Assembly (NCBI GenBank): GCA_964057225.1
Contig: OZ059898.1
Span: forward strand, 14,198,001-14,262,000
Length of the DNA stretch: 64,000 bases
Direction: 5' to 3'
DNA from: Auanema rhodensis
Lineage: Eukaryota > Animalia > Nematoda
Shown: positions 14,403 to 28,032 of the stretch, piece after piece
Layout: each line of letters begins with the position of its first letter
Position numbering within the stretch: the stretch's first letter is position 1
The notes under the pieces: model-generated
Seen by the model: only the letters and a program-made list of their open reading frames with translations
What the model was told of the DNA's origin: nothing
The model's database searches: none
Position numbers and translations under genes: made by a program

Positions 14403-15239
14403 GGCGAAGGCTATTGTATAGAATGATAATCTGGCAGTCCCGCCTCCTTACCTGAATTTTGAGGATAATTCTATCAAGAACAAAAGATATAGTAAAGAGT
14501 ATATAGAGTAATAGAGAAATAAAGAAATGATATAGAATATGAAATTAAAAAGAAAGAAACTAGACATTATCTTTTGAAGAAAAAAAAAGTTAAAATACTT
14601 CTTAGATTGAAGAATATGTCACGAAGATCCTCCCATTTTAAGAGAGAGAGAGAGAGAGAGGGTGGGAGGATGGCTCTTAGAAGACTTGCTTGGAAAAGAA
14701 GGCGGATCGCGAAAAAAAAAACAAATTAAAAGAGAAATTAAAATCTTTTCCAATTATATTTCTCTGAGAAATTGAGCTTTCTAGAAGTTCACCAGTTCCT
14801 TGATGGACTTGATAACGATAAAACGAATGATGACGTGTTTTTTTCTTCTACTACTTGAAACAGCAGACTACGTATAAGTATAGAGATTGTGATAAAAGAG
14901 AGGGAATATTGCAAAACTTAGAAATAGCTCGAACTACTGAGCACAGGTTTGCGACGTTGATGATCAACAGATGTCGTCATAGCTGTTGTGGCCATCAGAA
15001 TGACTTTACCATGTACAGGAAAGAAGCAGTTGATTCATGATGGACAGAAGGAATGAAAAAAGGAAAAAATACGTCAGATGAAGCAACACTTAGCTTTTGC
15101 TGATGGAAAAGTTGAATTACATTGAGCGGAAATCAAAAAGACCCAAGAAGCGGAAAGGTTAATTTTCGGTTTCTATCAATGAGTAAGATCGTATCGGATA
15201 GTATAGTATAATGAGATTGAGAGCACAAGAATTTGAAAA

Positions 15240-15283
<44 letters not shown>

Positions 15284-15555
15284 AAGAGACTAAGAGAAAT
15301 ACGTTTAAATTGACTGAAAAAAAATGATTTTTTTATTATTTATATAGATGTATCGGTCTATGGTTTTGGATATTGTAGGCATTCAGGGTTGTGATATGCG
15401 CTGAGATTAGTTCATCTTCTTCTGAGCTTGTAATCTTTATGGGGTAGCGGATACAGAAAATGCAAAAAAAAACTATTATTTACTATATTCATATTTTGTA
15501 TATAAATTATATAAAATATATTGTAAATTTAGCAAAATATTAGTAAGAAACTGGG

Positions 15556-15587
<32 letters not shown>

Positions 15588-16027
15588 GTTTAATGAAGAA
15601 AATAAATGGTGATTGAATTATATTTTGTATTTTTTAAATATATTTAATGAATAATATACAAATACAATATTACAATATCTTTAATATAATTTATAATTTT
15701 TCCTTTTTTTTTTTCATTTTTATTATATTTATTACAAAAATTGTGATGAAATTATGAAAATTCAATTGACTTTTCGTTCAATGAGTTACCATGGATGCTA
15801 ACCTTGTTTATGACTCAAATGACTTCAAAAGTATTTGATAAAATATAATAAAGTATAACTATATGATATTTTAATATATATTATATATTATATATAATTT
15901 TTATTCAACCTTTTCTTTCAAAATATATTCAATATATATATATATATATACATATATAGATGGATATTGGACAATTGCCATATATCAATACGACTTATTG
16001 AGTAAAAGATAACAAAACTCATATCTC

Positions 16028-16067
<40 letters not shown>

Positions 16068-16879
16068 AGGATTTGAAAGGTACTCAAGAAGAGAGGTGAG
16101 AAAGAATGGTTGTATAGAAAAGGATAAGAGTAAGTGAGATTTAGATCGGCAATAATCCAAAAGCTTGAACGCAAGCACAAGGAGGAAGATACAAGACAAG
16201 GGGGGATGTATAACCTTTATCTTTTTTTTATTTTTATCCTAATTTGACGTCAAGAAACAGATTTACAAGTGATAATAATTAAATTAAATTATATCTACAT
16301 GTATATATATAATCTAAAAATAATTTATTTAACTATGCTAACTTATAACACGTATTGTTATTTCGTTTTACTTTTTTTTTTAAAGTTTGAGAAAAAAAAA
16401 GGAAAATTTATTCAGATTTTTGAAAATAATTGGTTTTTCCTCTTATTCTTTGCTTCTTTTTAATTATTTTATTAACAACAAGTTAAGAGATAAAACTAGA
16501 AGTTATATGATGATGGCAGAGTTGATGATGTCGGCTTTTTCATTGCACGGCATCAGCTCACATACAAACGATATATGCAATTTTATTCTTTTTTATTATA
16601 AATTTAGACATATATTACATGTTTTTGTTGCTTTGAAAACGTTTCCAACTCTCTTATGTCGTTAAATAATCCGATTCATCAGCGGTTTTTATGAAGTTTT
16701 TTTATGCTTATCAAAGCTTAGACAAGCTTAGCTCAGGATACAAGTCTGGGAAACGAAAATTGGTTATAACATTCAAAACCATTTACAGTAGAAAACGGCT
16801 GATAATTATATCATAGAAATAGAATAAGAAGAAAAGTATTTATTCTTTAAAGAAGAAGGAGAAAAAAAAATTTGAAATA

Positions 16880-18448
16880 TCAATAGTTTTCTGAGGGAAT
16901 CTCAGGAGGCCGTAAAGCTTTCATATCATCCATAATCATGTTATAGCTTGTTCGGACATTTGGATCTAACAACAGAGGAACCTCATGTTCGTGAAAATAC
17001 TGAAAATGGCAAGAAAAGGTTACACATCGAGAATATTGCTTACTTCTCGAAACAGAACAGTAACACGATCTTTGGTCATTTTGTAAATATCTCTGTAATC
17101 ACAGTTGGATAGATGATCTCCTAGCTCATGAGCAGGTTTCCATTCCATCTCAACTGGATTATCAGCAATTGAAAATGAAAACTTCTGTAATCTTTTGCAT
17201 ATATTGTAATCCCATATCAATGATCATACTGTTCCATCTTCAATCCATCTGCTATTAACTTTCTTCCAAACAACTTCAATCATGCCTCGATTTTCAGCAT
17301 TTTGTAGAATTCTATTCCGGAAAGATCTAAAAGAATTGCATTTCCTTCTTTTTTTTCGGAGAAGCAATTGAAAGTTCCTGGTTCATTTAATGTTTTTTAA
17401 ATTACTTACGTGCACGATTGAGATAAGCTTCGAACCGAATTTGATGGCAAGTATTTGAGTATCTGAAATGCTCATATTTCTGTTATTTTAGTTGTTTCAA
17501 CGAATTTCTTACTGAATCTAATGATTGACAAGATATTTTATCAATATCTAATGTCGTTGACGATGAAATTGCATTAGTATTTTCAGATTTTAACGTGACA
17601 AAAGAATTTAAATACTGAGAAAAGCTGAAAAAGCAATATACGGATGTGTGTGTGTGATACATGACGCGCATATATATTTTTTTAAAAACTAACTGAATTT
17701 TTCCTAATTTAGGTTTTAATCTAGAACAAGTAAATGAGCATCCCCTTGACCAATTTGGGCATCGAACTACCAATTCCGATAAGCTGTTCAACGAATTCAA
17801 ATGCTGAACATATAAGATTGAACACATTAGATTTGGGAAAGCAACAGAAAAATAGAATTTGAGGGGATGTGAGTCGAAGAGAAAAGTGTGAAATGGTTGA
17901 ATCAACAGGACATACTTGTGATTCTTGATGATCAGCATATTCATCTCGACGAAAGACATGTAGACATCTGAAATTTGATAAGATTCATATGAATGGAATT
18001 CTATTTTGCTTTAACAATAGCAGCCCCCCCCCTCCCCCATAAGCAGGTAAAGTATATTGAAGGGGAAGCATCTAGAAAACTTGTTTTTCAATACAAACCT
18101 TCGAGTATATATAGTTCCTCCTCGTGCTATGGCTCGGATATTTTCGGATTTCGGAATTTCTGGTACACATTCAACTTGAGCATTAATCTGAAACACATAA
18201 CAACTTGAAATGAAAAACATATTTAACTATAAATATAATAACTTATAGTTATGTTACCATTAATGATGCCTGCCTCAAGATTTCATTGTCTTTTTCCGGA
18301 TATTTCTTAACTCCTTGTAACTTCTGAAAGACTATATTGGTAATATAGTGAAGGTAAATGTACAATATAAGTACATTGAATGTAAAAAATACAAACAAAC
18401 TTTCTTAAATTACTATTTAAACTATTTGTTTATGTGCATAGTAAGTAA

Positions 18449-18482
<34 letters not shown>

Positions 18483-20871
18483 ATACATATATAATTATCA
18501 AATGTTGTTTCTCGGACAGCATTTTGTCTAAATGACTTATATTTTAACTGAAAATGTGACTTAACTATCCGAAAATCGGTTATTTTTTAAAAATGACAAA
18601 AATTTTCCTTTTTTTCGATACAGAAGGGGGGGGAGATGCTAAGAGAAGCAGGTGGTGATCCGCGCATCTCTGACCATAAGTTCCCGATGAGTGGAATCTT
18701 GCATGGGCCGAATTCCAGGTACATGGCCCCTTTCACCTTCCGACGGACCCGGAAACCGATTCCCCAATCAACAACGTAGGGTGTTCAATTGGCACGGAAA
18801 GTCCGTTCCCATGTAAAGACTGTCAAGACCCTGTAAGCATTTGTCGACGGGAAGTACTATGCTTTTGTCATCCACGTTTGCTATACCATTGTTCAGGAGG
18901 AGCATACTCGAGTCGAGTGTCAAGTGAGCCAAGTTGGCACCCATTTGGTCTGATTCAATCACATTTCAAGCATATTGAAAGTTGTGCTTATTGTGATTTA
19001 AATAGACTGAAAACTTCTTGTATTTTACTCGAGATGTAGATTCTGCTTTCAATTCCTTGACGAGCTCTTCGATGTCAAGGTTAGTTAGCGGAGAGAGGTC
19101 TATCCGGAATTTCATCATTTAATAGAATTTATATGTTTAAAATTGGCTCAAAATACAGAAAATTAGGAAACGTGGGTACTGTGCAAAATGGGCTAATAAA
19201 AAAAATGTCATTTGAGCAAAATGCTGTCCCCGAAAAACAACATTTGATGTACTACTTATATGGTTATTTCACAATAACTAAGCTAAAAGTTCAAATTTCC
19301 ATAAAAAATAGATGAATAGAGATAGATAGATTGATATAAAATTAAGTACATTTGTTATTATATGAATTATTTTATTTATAACATCAAGTTTTAGTACATA
19401 AAGTGACATCACTTGCGGATGAACGTGCCCTTTCACGTGAAATAGGTTTTCAAACACACGTGTACTTTCACGTAACCTTTTCAACTTTTCCTGTTTAAAG
19501 TTTTGTGGCTAATGCTTATAAAGAACTAGAATAGTATTGAGAGTTAGAAGATAATTTGATTTTTCAACTCAAATTAACAGAATGTCACACCAACCAGTCG
19601 TACTCAATCTATTAAGGGGACAGTAAATGGGCAAAACAATCAAGAAAATTACATTTTCTATTTGAAACTTCTCACAAGCAGCTATTACTTTTCGTTTTTC
19701 TTTCTTTTTTATTCAATAATAGATGGATTATTACCTTGAATTTGGAATCAACATTGCCTAATGTATGTAAATGCTGAGTAGATGGATCTATCTGACACTG
19801 ATAACAGTTAGCGAACATTGCTCGCTTTTTTCGAAGTCGATTATGCTGAAATGGGTTGAAATCATTAATGAGAATCTGAGCTGTGATTAGTGAAATAAGA
19901 GATGTTTTAACCTTCTCTTTGTTTTCAGCTTCACTACTATCTTCATCGTCTTGCTCTATAATATTAGCAGAATGCTCGCCATCGTTGTCTGATTTGGCAT
20001 GAACACATCGAAGTGGCAGCATTGGATGTGCTGGATGTAACTTTGTTCTTTGATTATTACGATAAGCTCGTGAATACGAGTAACTTTCCATAATTAACTT
20101 CTAAAGAAAGGAGCAAATGATTGTTAATTCTCTGTTTCGATGGCTTAGCACTTGATCTGATCTGGCTGCTATTAAATCCAGTGTTGCAAGCTCATCAGTG
20201 AGATGTGGCAATTTGGCATGTGTTTTCCCAAGCTTCTTCAGTTCCACTTTTGAGACTGAAGACAAGACCTGCCTGTTCCATTCTCTGCAAAAAGAAACAA
20301 TAATAAGATGGAAGTTCCAAAGATTAATATGACATATAGAAAAGAATACACGTTTAAGAAGAATTATTTTAACTTATTTAGTTAATTCTCACTTAACTAA
20401 TCATTTTATTAAACTTATAGTTAGCTTATTACCAAGAACAACGTAGTAATAACACAAACCTTGTACATACTACAAGACTAGCGGGACATGATTTCAGATG
20501 TTTTCCCTGTAAATGTCGACGAAGTTTTCTATCACAGCCATAATTTGAATTTATACAAGGCAGAATAACCTGAAATCTTTACGTTTCCTCATATTCTTAG
20601 TCAAATCTCAAATATTGGAACTACTTTTGGGCAAATATTCTCGAGATGATCATCTAGTTTACACTCATGTAATCTTACTCCACATTCTGGACAATGTTGA
20701 AGCTGAAAATTAAAAAAAAATCCAAATTATTTGAATGATTATCGGATGAAACGTTCTGTAACTTTTATTCGCATAAACTTGACGAACCTCACATCTATCA
20801 AGTTGGCAGTTTGCAGAAAAACAAGTTGAACAATGCTCTATATGATAATCATTGTTAGAATAAAGTGACAT
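16880..20871 (-). CDS. FBXO30/FBXO40-like F-box protein with TRAF-type zinc finger
   Basis: Spliced protein includes MSLYSNNDYHIEHCSTCFSANC..CPECGVRLHECKLDDHLENICPK..PCINSNYGC..HLKSCPASLVVCTREWNR, then VFRRDEYADH, RCPNWSRGCSF, F-box ILKYLPSNSVRSLSQSC and C-terminal LGDHLSNC. These are hallmark FBXO30/40 motifs. Confidence 0.85.
18497..19248. mobile_element. Non-autonomous TIR DNA element (~750 bp) in an FBXO30-like intron
   Basis: 18497-18536 ATCAAATGTTGTTTCTCGGACAGCATTTTGTCTAAATGAC is an imperfect inverted repeat of 19207-19248 (reverse complement ATCAAATGTTGTTTTTCGGGGACAGCATTTTGCTCAAATGAC). The interior is visibly more GC-rich than the flanks. Confidence 0.75.
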
Positions 20872-21239
20872 TTATTAAATAATATTTTCTGTAATAATCT
20901 GATTGAAACATATTAGTAGAATTGAATAGCAATATACTTAAACGACGAAACAAAAGAGAACATTCTTCCTCTCTCACCTCTTCTTCAAGAGCTGATAATC
21001 AATAATACATCGATCGGCTAGAGCTAACAAGCGATGGCAAGCAAGCTATCGTTTTAAGCTCAATTTGTGGTATAATCTATTTATTTTATTAATAGAATAA
21101 GCTATATTTACTATAAAACTTATTGAATACAAGTGATATAATTGGATAGAATTCTTGTTAACATCAATGATATAAACGTGCATATATATTGAGATCTGCT
21201 AAATCCTTTTAAGATAATCCTAATAAATAATTTTAGTTT

Positions 21240-23424
21240 TTAGGAAGCTTCTGATGTTATGAGTGATAGTACTCCTCCAACAAGATGAAGACTTCCTGTA
21301 ACTAATACATCTAGTTCATCGACTTTCGATCGTTCATCCAGCCATTGAACCAATGATGACACACAGTCAAATATCTGGTTTTCCTTTAAAAATATAAAAT
21401 AATGAAATGAACTATGTTAAACATCTGAAAAACTCACTTTGTTTCCATTTTCCTTCCAGATTTCAGCACAAAGTTGGCTTCTTGCCAACTGATCTTCAGT
21501 GGATTGATTATAATTCGATATATCAGAACACTTATCTTGTGATAATTTAACAATTGTTGGAGAAAATAAGGCGACATCGAAAGAATGAATCTGAAAATAT
21601 AGAATTATATGATTCATCATACATTCTATTCAAAACTCACATTCAGGAATGAAAGTAAAGTGGAGGGATTACGATCAGCTGTACATTGAAAAACCAAAAT
21701 CTTAGGTCTATTACGGTTTTTCACGGCTCCTCCAAACCATTGAGAGCACATCTTCAAGAATTAGCAGTAATTCACATGAAAACTCTATTCAAAACTGACT
21801 TCCATACTCTTTGGAGTGTGAGCTCCATCTAGGAAATAGCGAATTCTCGGCGTATCTACAATCTGACTTCGTCCAGGCCAGCGACATGTTTGGATTGCAT
21901 TCGTCAACGTTTCAGGTACTGTGAATGGTTCCCCACGATTCCATGGTTTTTCAGCACAATCTTTGAAAACCTTTTCTGAAAATTTGAGAGAATTTCTTCA
22001 GAAATTGCAATGTTGCCATCATACAGAAGCAATAAGTAATAAGTCGAGCATTCACCTTCAAGTTTTTGGTTCTTAATCCATTCTCTTACAACTTGTAAAG
22101 CAAGAGCTACATTAACTTTTTGATGAATTCCATCAATTCCAGCACAAACTTCCTTTGTCGGCCAAGTATACTGCGAGAATTGAGGAGCTACCGTAATTTC
22201 TGTCTTGAAAGAAGATAATATATGAAAATGATATTCAATGAATGAAAGTACCTGGCATTCTCGAGCTCGATTAACCATAACATCCATTGATTCGGAAGTA
22301 GATAAAGTAGCAAAACAAGGTGAAAAGGCCTTACAAATTCCAGCCTATATAGTGAGGATCTTGTTGATATAGAACGATAGTTAGTACGAACCTTATGCCA
22401 AGCTATTTCTGGCAATGTTGAACCTAACAACGATGTATGATCTATATCGAGCGTAGTTATTCCACAAGCTACCGGCTTTCTAATATGAAACAAATGTTAT
22501 TCGCGCAAACATTCAATAGAAAAGCTTACTGGATGACGTTGGTGCAGTCATATGTTCCACCAATTCCTACTTCAATTATAGCAACATCAACCTTTTCTTC
22601 CAAAAATACGTGAAAAGCCATCAAAGTCAAAAACTTGAAATAAGCTGGCATAGCTACATCCTTATCCACACTCTTGAAACAGAATTTTGGGTCTAACAAA
22701 GATCAGAAAATCTAACCAATGTGTCATAAATGGCAAAGAAGTGTTTTGCAAAAACTTCTTCTCCGATTGGTTTGGAATTGATACGAATTCGTTCTCTTGC
22801 ATGAATCAAGTGCGGAGACCTAAGAATGAACTTTTTGAACTCAGGTCACCGTAAACTCTAAATCTCACGTATATAAGCCAGTTTTCAAACCTAAGCTTCG
22901 AAGCATTGATTCTACAAAAGCACAAGTTGAACCTTTTCCTTTGGTTCCACTGATATGGATAACATTTAAGCCGTCAATATCCTCTACCTGCGAAGTTTGA
23001 TCGAGTATAAGAAGGAAATTCCTCAAACAGTACCGTAATTCCACATTTTCGAAGATGAGCTATTGTCTGTGGAACATTATGCTCCTGAAGACTTGTCCTA
23101 TTCCCTCGCATTTTCTGAATTGTCATGGCATTTGATTGCAAGGAATTCAACCCCATGATAGCTGCCTGAACAAGAAAGAAACTTGATAGTAACTAGGAGA
23201 AGAACAACTGTATGGCCCACCTGGTAATGAGTAGCAGGAGCTTTTTCGGACATAGTTGTAGTTGAGGTTGATGACGGAGTAGAGTATTGTTGCGTCATTT
23301 GACAATAAATCGTCGACAACGAAGAAGAAGAAGAAATAGATGTGTTTCTCCCGCAAATGGACAGGAAGTCCCGATGATATTGGGTTGAAAAGCGTATCAA
23401 TCGATTAACGACACGAAATGTCAT
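21240..23424 (-). CDS. FPGS: Folylpolyglutamate synthase (FPGS)
   Basis: Motifs LNVIHISGTKGKGSTCAFVES, TGLYTSPHL, EVGIGGTYDCTNV, GITTLDIDHTSLLG, WPGRSQ, FLDGAHT and VLVTGSLHLVGGVL are spread across short-intron exons. Confidence 0.95.
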
Positions 23425-23908
23425 GAATCGTTCAATCGTTCAAAGGTTTTCAGAAAAAAAGAGTATAAGAAATAGAGAAATATACAAGTCTTCTTACTAT
23501 CAAAGATTTCCCTTTCTTTGCTTTTTCCAAGCGTGAAAAAAGTGTTGAAATTGGGAAATGAAGAAGAAAAATTAATTTTTTTGAGTACTTTCGTCAACTA
23601 TTCTGTGTAAGAAAAGACAAGAGACATAATAATCTGAAACTATCTATATTTGGTATTGTATGTGTATGTAAAGAGATAATAAATGATTGCAACAATACAA
23701 AATGATAAGATCAATAAGTATATAATGGGTTATTAACAACAATTTTCATTAAAACCAAAACAATAAAAGAGAAATAACTATATTTAAACAATTTTTTAAT
23801 ATTAATAACAATTTCATAATTATCACAAATCTTGGAATTACATCTGTTTTTTGAAAATCATTAAATCAATCCTATTTCAAGTTACATCATTTTCAATCAC
23901 TTCATAAC

Positions 23909-24642
23909 TTATGGAATAACAGCTTCTATTTTCCTTTGAGTCTTGTATGACAAATAGGAATTCCAGAAGAAAGCTACCATTTGAATGACAATAACTCTCA
24001 TGTTCAAAGGTACTAAGTAGAAATTGCAAAGTTGAACTAATGGCCATACCTGGAAAATGATAATTTTTCTTAAGTTTAAGCCGTTTTCTAAGTCTAGCTT
24101 ACCATTAAACTTGAAGTATAAATAGTGGGCCAATCCCGTTTCATCATGGAGAATGAATCTGAAGGACTAAAGCCTTCCAATAGTCTCAGATTAAGGAGTA
24201 TTAATCCATTAAAAAAAGGAGAAAAGGTTGTCTAAAAAATTCTTTTGAAAAGAAATAATTCTGAAATTAATTACTTGATCAACAAGAAGCCGTTTTAGTG
24301 GTAAGAGTTTTGGACTTCCAGCACGAATTCGTTCTAAAAGTATAAACCATCTATTCAAACAAGGAGCCTAAAAGGGATTGTAAATTATTTAAAACTTCTC
24401 AAAAACCTTACTATGAAACATGAAGACAGAAGAAAGAATCGTCCTGTTCTTAATATATCGAACGTGTTGGCATCCCTTTTCTCAAAAACAATTTGACTAA
24501 CTGCATCACCAGCACCAGATATTGCTCCTAAGCATAGCATAAAGTTAAAGTTCTAGGAAATGAAGCTTAACAAACCCGAAGCTACCATTTGAGTTAAAAG
24601 AGGATGCCGGTTCAAAGCTGTTTTAAAAGTCCTAAGAATCAT
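23909..24642 (-). CDS. MPV17: MPV17/PMP22 family mitochondrial inner membrane protein, 5 exons
   Basis: Spliced protein includes [51 protein letters not shown] and [27 protein letters not shown]. Confidence 0.92.
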
Positions 24643-25485
24643 TTCTGTAATATATAACAATATTAACTACTTGTAACTAAGAAACTGTCATAGTAAATCA
24701 ACAAATAGACATCTTTTACAGAGAATAAAATCAATAAAGAAAGTATTTCATATGAAAAACCAAAACAAAAGCTATTCAAAATAATATAAATAGCTATATA
24801 AAACACACCAATAGTTTCAAATGAACATCTCTTTCAACTTCTAATTATAATATAAACTAAAACATAACGATTTATATTTATTTGTTATTATAAATATTAA
24901 TATTTATAATTATTTAAACATAATTTTAAAAATAATGAGAAACTATGGAAAAACGCTAAACAACTGCTCAAGATTCATCAAGAAGGTCAATTGAACTATT
25001 CTTTCTTCGCATTTGTCGGTCGCATTAATGGATAATATGTCTTTATATTTATTTAATTCTGTTACAAACTTTATTTTTTTTGAATATTCTTTGAGTGTTC
25101 TTCGAACGATACTCGCTAGTATCATTTACTATTGAACTATATTTAATACTCGAAAAATTAATACAAAATACAATTTAATAAATAAAGTAGTAGGACTATT
25201 TGAACTTATCTTCTTGAACTTAAAGTATTCTGTTTCGTTAGTAACAATATAATTCATAAATATTACAATATTAACGAAATGTTGAATGCTTTTGGAATAA
25301 TTTTGATTGCTATATGAATGCTTTAGAGGTAACTGCTGTCTAATTTTATCCTTTTTTGTCTTCATAAATGTCAGGCACATTCAAATTGTAAACGGATTCC
25401 GAAATATTCACGATGGTAACGTCAAGAATGCGTAAGATATACTTCGAAGATAAACAGAAGAATTTTATTGAAATATTAATAGAAA

Positions 25486-28032
25486 CTATTTTGGAACATC
25501 ACATCGACCACATTCGCTACGATCTGGTGTAAAATCTTCAATTTGAATTGTACATTCATGAACGTTATAAGAATTCTGCAACATGCTTCTTGTATTTTTC
25601 AAGACGCTTTGATATGATGTAGGATCATCAACTTCCAAATGAACTGATACAGCAAGCTGAAAGAGAATTGTGTTTGACATATCTTGCAGAACTTGATGAA
25701 CAAACCTTATCCATGGTTAATGCCCATATACGTAAATCATGAACTTTCCTCACTCCTTCAATATTTTCTAAGGATTCAAATACTTTCGTGAAATCTATGT
25801 TACTTGGTCGACCTTAATTTGAAAGTTTTTTAAACAAAAAAGTTTCAGTTAACCTTCAAGCAAAACAACCATAGCATCACGCAAAATATATACCGTTGTA
25901 CAAAGAACGATCACAGAGAAAATCAATGTACAAATTGGATCGACAATTCCCCAGCCTTCCTAAAAAAGGAAATATAAAATAAATTATTATATGACATACG
26001 TTGAAATATATTAAAAGAGCTGCTATTAACACACCAATACTCTGAATCAGATCGCCTATGACGTGAACAAATGCTGCTCGAACATTAATATTTTGAGCAT
26101 TCTCACCTGAAATTATTGAAAATCGTAAGCATATGTTAAATGAATTGAAATGAAAAAACTTTTTTTTCTTCCTCTTTCTGCTATTTACTTTGAAAAGGTG
26201 TTCGTTTATGAGTTATTCACAATTGCATCATGTGAGTTTTGATTGAATAAACATATAAGAATTCAAAATTACAAAATTATTAATAATGCAAACATTTTGC
26301 ATACAGCTTATAACATATCTACTACTCATTTCTTATATTTTTGAGCTTGTTATAATGTTCAAACATTACCGCCTGATCCCTCTTCAGCTTCATGTGAATG
26401 AGATTTAGCTGATGAACCATGTGAATGACCATGTGATGATCCACCATGAGAATGTGTATGTCCACCAAAATACAGTAAAGCACCCATACTAAATTAAAGA
26501 ATTAAATTAAAGATAAAAGAATGTAAAAATAATTTTATACATTAAATTGACTAAGACACCTAATCCAGCAGTTATAGCCATAATCGGAGCATCAACCTGA
26601 ACATAAGATGATTATAAGCTGCAAGACCAGAGATTGATCATACCTCATATTCTTGGCTGATTATTCGGAAAATAGCCATTATAACAAGTATACCAGTTAC
26701 AATCCAAATGAGGAATACTGAGAAAAATGCACCGAGAACTTCTGCAATATTCGAATTCTTTTATAATTTGGAAAATAATTTGAGTTTACCTGCTCGATGA
26801 AATCCGAAACTCATTTTCTGGGAAGGCTTTCTTCCAGCTATATATAAAGAAAATAATGATATAAGCATAGAAGCAAAGTCAGTGAGCTGGAATATGCTAG
26901 GTTTACAAGAAATTTCTTTTCAACTTACTAGGTGAGCAGCATCTGTCACAATAGCTAAAGAATTGGCTAAAAATCCTCCTACAACTTCACAAGCCATGAA
27001 AATCAGGCAAATAATTACAGAAATCCATAACACTCTTTTAGCTTAAATACATCAGATTTGAATATTTTATAGTAAACTTGAAGATAAGTTGTTATCATGC
27101 TTTACTCAGCTTCAAGCACATACCTCGAGCATTACTAGCATTCTTGGAATGTTCATCCAATACATCATCATGACAATGAAATTGATCTCTGTTAATGACA
27201 CTGTCATATACATTTACTCTGAAAATAAGATAAAAGAAAAGTTTTATTTGAAAAATATTTTTATTTTTTCTCCAAAAATAGACATCAACCAGTTATTTGA
27301 ATTACAAATCTAATTGAATGAGATTGCTGATTTTTATAGAAATATGTTGATGTGTTTTCAATCTTTTAAAATCGGAATATATCAAAGAAAATTATTTTTT
27401 TTTCAGAAAATAAAAAAAGTGTTGAAATCTTTATGTTGAATTTCCTTATCAAAATTGTAAAATATATCATTTTCTTTGTGAAAATTTGATTTTTATTGGA
27501 CAAAATGTTGAGTATTTTAAATAATTGAAGCACATTTGTATTCTCAAATCTATATAGATAGAATAGTTTTTTTTTTTTTGAAACAAAAAGTTGTAAGAAT
27601 GGCTTAGAACAATTAAAGCTGAACTAAGCTCAATATGCATATGAAACAGTGCAATCAAAGAGTTCAAGTAAGCTTTGAGAAAGAACTTGATCAAAAAGCA
27701 AAAATCTTCATTTAAATCGAAATAATTTGAATGAAAATAGTTTTAAAAAAAAGTTTTGAAATAATAAAGTTCAAAATATTTTTGGTTCATCATAATTTTT
27801 AAAATAATATAAAATATAAAGCATAGAATACAGATAGAAAATATAACTGTGATAAGCAAAATGAGCATAAACTACGAATGAAATCTACTTTTTTTTTTCA
27901 AATTTTTCTAATAAAATCATTTTGTTTTATAAATATTTAGAAAAAAATATAAAAACAAATACATGAAAGTTATAAAAATGTTTTAAAAACTTACTCTTTT
28001 TGAAATAATGGCACCTTCTCCTCCTCCGACAT
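25486..28032 (-). CDS. cdf-2: CDF/ZnT zinc transporter (ZnT2-like)
   Basis: Motifs [42 protein letters not shown], His-rich loop [41 protein letters not shown] and [16 protein letters not shown] closely resemble C. elegans CDF-2 as recalled. First exon 28032-27995. Confidence 0.93.
27850..27878 (+). promoter_or_regulatory. Putative HZA (high-zinc activation) element with adjacent TGATAA GATA site in cdf-2 intron 1
   Basis: TGATAA at 27850-27855 and AGCATAAACTACGAA at 27864-27878, which resembles the recalled HZA motif (ATCATAAACTAGAAC / AACAGAAACTACAAT type). Confidence 0.45.

Noticed and set aside
24943-25380. ORFs between cdf-2 and MPV17
   Set aside because: AT-rich, with no motifs or supporting splice structure. 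Probably UTR or intergenic.
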